Shown one piece after another: positions 58,587 through 64,000 of a stretch of 64,000 nucleotides of DNA. The number at the start of each line of letters is the position of its first letter. Positions within the stretch are counted from its first letter, which is position 1. The notes under the pieces are model-generated. The model made no database searches. It saw only the letters and a list, made by a program, of their open reading frames with translations, and had not been told where the DNA came from. Origin of the DNA: Treponemataceae bacterium (GTDB lineage Bacteria; Spirochaetota; Spirochaetia; Treponematales; Rectinemataceae); NCBI GenBank assembly GCA_963678065.2, contig CAXXVZ010000004.1:704001-768000 (forward strand), in the 5' to 3' direction. The translations under genes and the position numbers were made by a program.

Positions 58587-59488
58587 GACATCACTTCCTC
58601 GTCCGACTTCAGGGAGTTGAGATAGAGCAGCGATACAACCAACAGAATGGCAAAGAGAATATTCGCGCTGGCGGCTCCTTTGCTGAAATTGCCGCTGGCG
58701 AAAGAATAGCGGTACGACAAGGTGGACAAGACTTCAGTCTCGTTGACCGGACCACCGCCCGTAGCTATGAATACGAGATCGAAAACCTTGAACGTGTAGA
58801 TAAACCCGAGAGTAATAACCGACATTATCGCTGGCTTGATCATCGGGACGGTGATATACAGGAATTTCTGAATACCGCTGGCGCCATCGATATTCGCGCT
58901 CTCGTAGAGACTGGGGGGCACCGTGCTCAAACCGGTCGCCAGGAGGATCATGTTGAACGGAACTCCCACCCAGGTATTCGCAGCGATCAGCACCCACATG
59001 GCCGTGCTTTTTTCAACAAGAAACGGGATGGATTCATGTATCAGTCCCAGTTTCAAAAGAACCTCATTCACTATTCCACCCTGACCGCTGAACATGTATT
59101 TGACCAACAGACCGATGACAGTCGAGGGCAACAGCCAGGCGACAAGCATGATGCCTCTCAGATAACGGGCAAACGAAAACTGGCGCGCAAACAGGACAGC
59201 GAAGGCGAATCCGATGGTGAATTGAAAAAGTATCGAAAATATAGTGTATGTGAATGTATGTTTTATGCCCATCACGAACACGCTGTCTTTGCCCACGTCG
59301 AACAGCGCGGCGTATTGCTTCAATCCCACAAAGGCTTTCGTATTTGTGTTGAAACTGGACATGGTAATATTTTGCAGGCTCAATACAAGATTGTAGATGA
59401 TGGGAAATCCGCAAAAAATCAGCATGAATACAAGCGCGGGCAACAGGAGAATAAATCCAGTAAGTTTCTTTCTCCGCACGCTAGTCAT
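58583..59488 (-). CDS. Carbohydrate ABC permease (MalF-like)
   Basis: FVGLKQY, LYESANIDGAS, TGGGP. Confidence 0.93.
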   Translation of the reverse strand: MTSVRRKKLTGFILLLPALVFMLIFCGFPIIYNLVLSLQNITMSSFNTNTKAFVGLKQYAALFDVGKDSVFVMGIKHTFTYTIFSILFQFTIGFAFAVLFARQFSFARYLRGIMLVAWLLPSTVIGLLVKYMFSGQGGIVNEVLLKLGLIHESIPFLVEKSTAMWVLIAANTWVGVPFNMILLATGLSTVPPSLYESANIDGASGIQKFLYITVPMIKPAIMSVITLGFIYTFKVFDLVFIATGGGPVNETEVLSTLSYRYSFASGNFSKGAASANILFAILLVVSLLYLNSLKSDEEVMS

Positions 59489-59598
59489 ATATGTGCACCT
59501 CGCATTGTTGGGGGCATGGGCCTGTCAAAAAAAGGGCTTTGAACAGGAAGAAACCTTGCCGTGTTATCCCGCGTATTCGATCACAACACGGTAAAAGC

Positions 59599-59639
59599 GC
59601 GGGTTGCCCAAAAAGCGACCGGCCACGTGGGCAACCCGC
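59599..59639 (-). terminator. Intercistronic stem-loop after SBP gene
   Basis: GCGGGTTGCCCA...TGGGCAACCCGC 12-bp stem. Confidence 0.55.
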
Positions 59640-59677
59640 TGTTTTATTCTACATATTCGGCCTGACGACTTTTTGGG

Positions 59678-60880
59678 TTATTTCCAGTAATCGGCATTCT
59701 TGAGCTGCGCATCCTTCAGCGCCTGTTCCGGACTCTTCGCGCCCAACAAAGCTTCCTGGATGGCGACCTGTATATTGATTGAGACATCGGGCCAAAAAGG
59801 ATTGACGCGCGCTACCGCATCAGGCATCTGGTTGACGAATACGTTCAAGGGGTATTGCTTGTATTCTTCGCTCAGCTCGGCGTCTTTCCTGGTGGGAATG
59901 CATGTGACTCCCAAAGCATATTCCGCTTCGGCCTTCTTTCCGCCCAGGAATTTCAGGAACTCGAAAGCCTCGTCGACATGCTTGCAATCGTTGGAGATCC
60001 CCACATTATAGCCGCCCAATACGGATACGGAAGTCTTGTCGGTCGGGATGGGCACAACTCCCCATTTCATGTCCGGAACATCATTTTTGAGGCTCCACAC
60101 CGCCCAGGAACCCTGGATGACCATCGCAGCCTTCCCGCCTTCGAAAGCCTTGAGCAGATCCCCATGAGCGTAATTTGCCACTTCCTTGCTCATGTACTTG
60201 TCTTTGACCAGATCCGTAAGGAATGTCAGCGCCTTTATGGCTTCCGGACTGTCGAGTTTTTCATATGAGCCTCCGGCGGAATACAGCCAGGGGATATACT
60301 GGAAGGTACCGACTTCGCTTTTCACGGCGGCAATGGCCATGCCGTATACGCCGTTTCCGGTCAACCTGGCGGCGGCGCTCCGGACCTCCTCCCATGTTCG
60401 CGGAGGTTTTACGCCCGCCTTGGCGAGCAATTCCTGGTTGTAGAGAAGAGCCAGATTGTTGCTGTACCAGGGAATACCGAAAATCTTGTTCTTGTATTTC
60501 ACGCTGCTGAGCGGACCAGGCTGGAACTGGCTCACTTCTCCCCACTTTGCCATTCGGTCAGTGATATCCGCCAAGTAGCCATCGGCTGCAAAAGACGAAA
60601 AGTCCGGATTATCAAAGACGAGAAGGTCAGGCATCGTATTTGACAACATGGCGATGCGCATCTGCTTTTTCAATTCCGAGTTGACCACGTACGAGGCGCT
60701 TATTTTGATATTCGGATGCGAATCCTGGAATTCCTTTATTAACTTGATGAATGCCGGCTTGTCGTTCCCTTCACAGTGAACGAATTTCAATGTAACCACT
60801 TCCGATGTCTTTGGCGCAGCTGCCAAGGATCCAACAGCGATAAAGACGCCGAGCAATACCGAAAGAACCTTCTTAGCCAT
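59678..60880 (-). CDS. Carbohydrate ABC substrate-binding protein (family 1)
   Basis: Signal peptide MAKKVLSVLL, PDLL, LLYNQELL, PRTWEE, F..GKAAM. Confidence 0.93.
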   Translation of the reverse strand: MAKKVLSVLLGVFIAVGSLAAAPKTSEVVTLKFVHCEGNDKPAFIKLIKEFQDSHPNIKISASYVVNSELKKQMRIAMLSNTMPDLLVFDNPDFSSFAADGYLADITDRMAKWGEVSQFQPGPLSSVKYKNKIFGIPWYSNNLALLYNQELLAKAGVKPPRTWEEVRSAAARLTGNGVYGMAIAAVKSEVGTFQYIPWLYSAGGSYEKLDSPEAIKALTFLTDLVKDKYMSKEVANYAHGDLLKAFEGGKAAMVIQGSWAVWSLKNDVPDMKWGVVPIPTDKTSVSVLGGYNVGISNDCKHVDEAFEFLKFLGGKKAEAEYALGVTCIPTRKDAELSEEYKQYPLNVFVNQMPDAVARVNPFWPDVSINIQVAIQEALLGAKSPEQALKDAQLKNADYWK

Positions 60881-60984
60881 GTCCTTCCTCCTTAATGAAG
60901 CGAATTCAAGATCCCCATCCCCCATCAGATTCATTTCGACCGCTGGAGCCTAATCTCGCACTCCATCACCGTCGCAACACTCGT

Positions 60985-61014
60985 ACTGTACAATTGAATT
61001 TGGAACGTGTCAAT
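60985..61014 (-). promoter_or_regulatory. Promoter of the SBP operon overlapped by a LacI-type operator
   Basis: TTGACA (61013-61008), 17 bp, TACAGT (60990-60985); the palindrome TTGGAACGTGTCAA covers the -35. Confidence 0.7.
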
Positions 61015-61258
61015 ACAAATAAAATTGTTTGCAGACAAAGAGAACAAAGCCACTACACCATTTGAAGACTTTTCATGAAGATGGATTCAGCCTAATCACC
61101 GCGAATCATGCAAACCATGGTCATTTTGGCCATGGTTTGCCAAGAAGGTGTCATGAACGACAACAAATCGCACATCCCGCCACTGCTGCGAGGCATGAAA
61201 CCCGTCTGCCAATCAAAATATAGAAATTGAACAAATTGGTACGTACAAATACAAAGAA

Positions 61259-63472
61259 CTAGGTGTTCTGTTGTTTGATCAGGTCTTCCACTCCATGCTG
61301 GGCATGTTCCATCGCTTCCACAGAAGTGATGGCCCCCGATACGGCACTTTTGATCGAAATTCCCAGAGTCTGCTCAAACTTGTGCTCTTCGACTATTCTT
61401 CCATTGCTTTCCCACATCTCTCGCCTGCGCCCGATGGAAAACCCGTACATCGCGGATTGAAGCCATGGGACCATTTCCATCAACTCATAATTCCGGTACA
61501 CGGACAAACAGGGCGATACGCCTCCAAGCAGCGTAAAGGGCACCGAGATGCCTTCCCCGCAAGCCCACTCGATGAAATCATACGCGATATCGCTATTCGC
61601 GCTGCTTCGCGATATTCCAAGAGACCCACCACCGATCAGGGGACTTTTCCCGGGTACCTGGGTATATCCGATCATGCCCGCCACCTTCGATTTCTCGATA
61701 TTAACTATGTCCGACGCATGGTTTATGAACATGATCATCATGGCCGCGTTGCCGGAGATGAAATTGTTCACCGAAGTCTTCCACCAGGAATTTTCGGGGA
61801 TCGGACCCGCGTAATTCATGGATTCCTTGTAATTTTCCAGCGCACACACAGCTTCTTTGCTGTTCAAAATGGGGTGTCCATCGCTGTCGAACAAACCCCC
61901 GCCAAAGCCAAACAGCCGCGGAAGATACTCGCAAACAATTCCGCTGATCGTTCCTATCGTCGAGGTTGTACCGAACTTGACCGGAGAATTGGGATTCAGG
62001 CTTTTAGTAAAAAAAGAGGCGACCCGATTGTACTCTTCAAAAGTGGTCGGCACCGCAAGCTCACTGCGGTAGGTCTCATAATACATGCGCTTCAGCATTG
62101 AGTCTTCGAATAGATCTTTGCGGTAAAAGAGCAGTTGGACGCTGAGATCAAAAGGTACCGCATATGTTTCTCCTTTTACCATGGAGAAATCTTGTATTAT
62201 TCCCGGAAGCATCTGTCCTAAAAGCCTTTTATGATCTCTGGAAAGGCTCTTCAATGGCATCAGGCATTTCCTCTGCAACCATGGCAGCCACACCATATCC
62301 AAGCGTATGACATCATAGATGCCTTTATCGCCCATCTGGTCGATGACATCGTAGAGTTCGGTGTACGGGAAAACGGCGAACTTCACCTGGACTCCCGTTT
62401 TTTGCGTGAAGTCAGGGGCAAGTTTCATAAGCGCGGAAGCAGAGGGACTTTCGAGCATCAATACGTTCAGCGTTTTGGCTTTCGAGGCGATTTTCTTGCG
62501 CGACTCGAGACATCTCAGACCATCGCAGGGGAGAATCTGGGCTGCCGGCTCCCTCTTCCCCTCCCCCATGCTATCCATCAGAATCTTTCCGGTTTCCTGC
62601 CCAAGCATCCAGCTGTTCAGACCGTAACGGGCAATCGTATTCTCCCCAGAGACGACGCCCAATGGCGCGAGCGATACGAGCCACGGCATGGGGCCAAATG
62701 TGCCCAGGGCGCAGGCAGACAATACTCCTTCGGCCAGGTTCAGATTGCTGGCGGCAATCGCTTCCGGGCTCACAGCCTCCTTGAAGAATGGAAATGCGGC
62801 CCGAAACGCCATCCCTTTTTCCGATTGGACATGAACCTCCTCCACCTGGATTTCCCGATTCTCTTTCGCCTGTTGCGTGAAGCCCTCATAAAATTCCCGC
62901 TCACAGGAATGAATGTGCAAGCCGGAAATAATGCCGACTCTGCAAAAGCCTTTTTCAATGAATGCTTTCATGATTTCAGCGCCGGCCGACCTATAATCAA
63001 ATCCGATATAACCTGCTTCCCTTTCCGGCCGGCGCTCGACAAAGACAATCTTGATGCCGTTAGATTCCAGCCTGTCATAAACCGGACTCGAACCCGGCAG
63101 ACAGGTCACGACGGCAATCCCGTCTATTCTGTTTGCGGCAATCATGTTCAGCGCAAGCTCTTCGCGAGAGGGGATATCCCCCGTCAGGTAGAGTTGCAGG
63201 GTGTAGTCATTGCTTTCCACATGGTTTTTCAGACCCGTGAAAAAGCTGGCAAAATGCGGATTGATGATATCCGGCAATATGACCGCCAAAGACCGCGTGG
63301 AACCTTTCCGCAACATTTTTGCCTTGGCGTTTATGCTGTACCCAAGTTTCCGCGCAACGTCCTCAACCAGCCTAATTTTCTCCACACTGACATTGCCTTT
63401 GCCGTTCAAAATATTGGATACTGTCCCGTGGGATACGCCGGCGAGTTTCGCGATATCCTTGATATTTGCCAT
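61259..63472 (-). CDS. LacI-family regulator fused to a C-terminal family-1 solute-binding domain
   Basis: MANIKDIAKLAGVSHGTVS HTH and LacI core, then TLNVLML...FTQKTGVQV...LFYRKDLF...VPTTFEEY...GGGSLGI SBP; no signal peptide. Confidence 0.9.
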   Translation of the reverse strand: MANIKDIAKLAGVSHGTVSNILNGKGNVSVEKIRLVEDVARKLGYSINAKAKMLRKGSTRSLAVILPDIINPHFASFFTGLKNHVESNDYTLQLYLTGDIPSREELALNMIAANRIDGIAVVTCLPGSSPVYDRLESNGIKIVFVERRPEREAGYIGFDYRSAGAEIMKAFIEKGFCRVGIISGLHIHSCEREFYEGFTQQAKENREIQVEEVHVQSEKGMAFRAAFPFFKEAVSPEAIAASNLNLAEGVLSACALGTFGPMPWLVSLAPLGVVSGENTIARYGLNSWMLGQETGKILMDSMGEGKREPAAQILPCDGLRCLESRKKIASKAKTLNVLMLESPSASALMKLAPDFTQKTGVQVKFAVFPYTELYDVIDQMGDKGIYDVIRLDMVWLPWLQRKCLMPLKSLSRDHKRLLGQMLPGIIQDFSMVKGETYAVPFDLSVQLLFYRKDLFEDSMLKRMYYETYRSELAVPTTFEEYNRVASFFTKSLNPNSPVKFGTTSTIGTISGIVCEYLPRLFGFGGGLFDSDGHPILNSKEAVCALENYKESMNYAGPIPENSWWKTSVNNFISGNAAMMIMFINHASDIVNIEKSKVAGMIGYTQVPGKSPLIGGGSLGISRSSANSDIAYDFIEWACGEGISVPFTLLGGVSPCLSVYRNYELMEMVPWLQSAMYGFSIGRRREMWESNGRIVEEHKFEQTLGISIKSAVSGAITSVEAMEHAQHGVEDLIKQQNT

Positions 63473-63625
63473 TAATGATTCCTCTATAAACACTTATTAT
63501 TTTATGGATGCTTCCAAAGGTATGATACAGAGAATAGACGGAAATTTAAAGCTGCTTGTGGTTCAAACGATGTAGCCGGATGTAACCACCTGCGGGAAGG
63601 ACAGCCCGACTTTCCAAAGCCGGTA

Positions 63626-64000
63626 TCAGCCCTTCACCGCCCCCATAGTGAGCCCTTTCACGACATACTTCTGGAAAATCATGGTCAGGATGATGGCGGG
63701 GGCCATGATGGCCACCGCGGCGGCCATGACGGCGCCCCAGTCCACCTCGGCGTAGGATACGAAATTGTAGACCGCTATCGGCAGGGTTTTGGTCTTCTCC
63801 ATGGAGAGGACCTGGGAGAACATGAAGTTGTTCCAGGAAAAGATAAAAGAGAGGGTCGTGGCCGTGACGATGCCCGGCCCCGAGACAGGCAGGATGACCG
63901 ACATGAAGGCGCGCTGACGCGTCGCTCCGTCCACCATGGCCGATTCCTCGAGCTCTCCCGGTATGCTCTCGAAGTAGCTCGACATGATCCAGACCACGAT
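63626..64000 (-). CDS. Carbohydrate ABC permease, C-terminal part (starts beyond the window)
   Basis: ELEESAMVDGA, SWNNF, GLTMGAVKG. Confidence 0.9.
   Translation of the reverse strand: MVVWIMSSYFESIPGELEESAMVDGATRQRAFMSVILPVSGPGIVTATTLSFIFSWNNFMFSQVLSMEKTKTLPIAVYNFVSYAEVDWGAVMAAAVAIMAPAIILTMIFQKYVVKGLTMGAVKG

Overview
GC-rich bacterial chromosome segment (gene style suggests an anaerobic sugar-fermenter, possibly a free-living spirochaete; not provable from this window). It is dominated by transport and catabolism. In order: the end of a carbohydrate ABC operon; an AT-rich orphan membrane gene; msrA/ltaE; a ~14.5 kb AT-richer island (URO-D-like protein, beta-hydroxyacid dehydrogenase, atypical transaldolase, HemL-like class III aminotransferase, FadR regulator, TIM-barrel isomerase, Dpp-type ABC system, MlrC-like M81 peptidase, M15 dipeptidase) bracketed by an intact and a decayed copy of the msrA-ltaE junction; a LacI-controlled divergent sugar locus with three more URO-D-like paralogues; pckG; a DAGK-family kinase; a ClC antiporter; a complete citrate lyase cluster with an embedded TctCBA transporter; a MoxR-DUF58-DUF4129 trio; a beta-propeller sensor kinase with a NarL-type regulator; and a second AT-richer block (LacI/solute-binding fusion regulator, sugar ABC, GDPD, phosphohexomutase). 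No rRNA, tRNA, CRISPR array, transposase or integrase was seen. The best candidates for undescribed biology are the island pathway and the corrinoid-free URO-D-like sugar locus. All family calls come from motif recognition by eye, not database searches.
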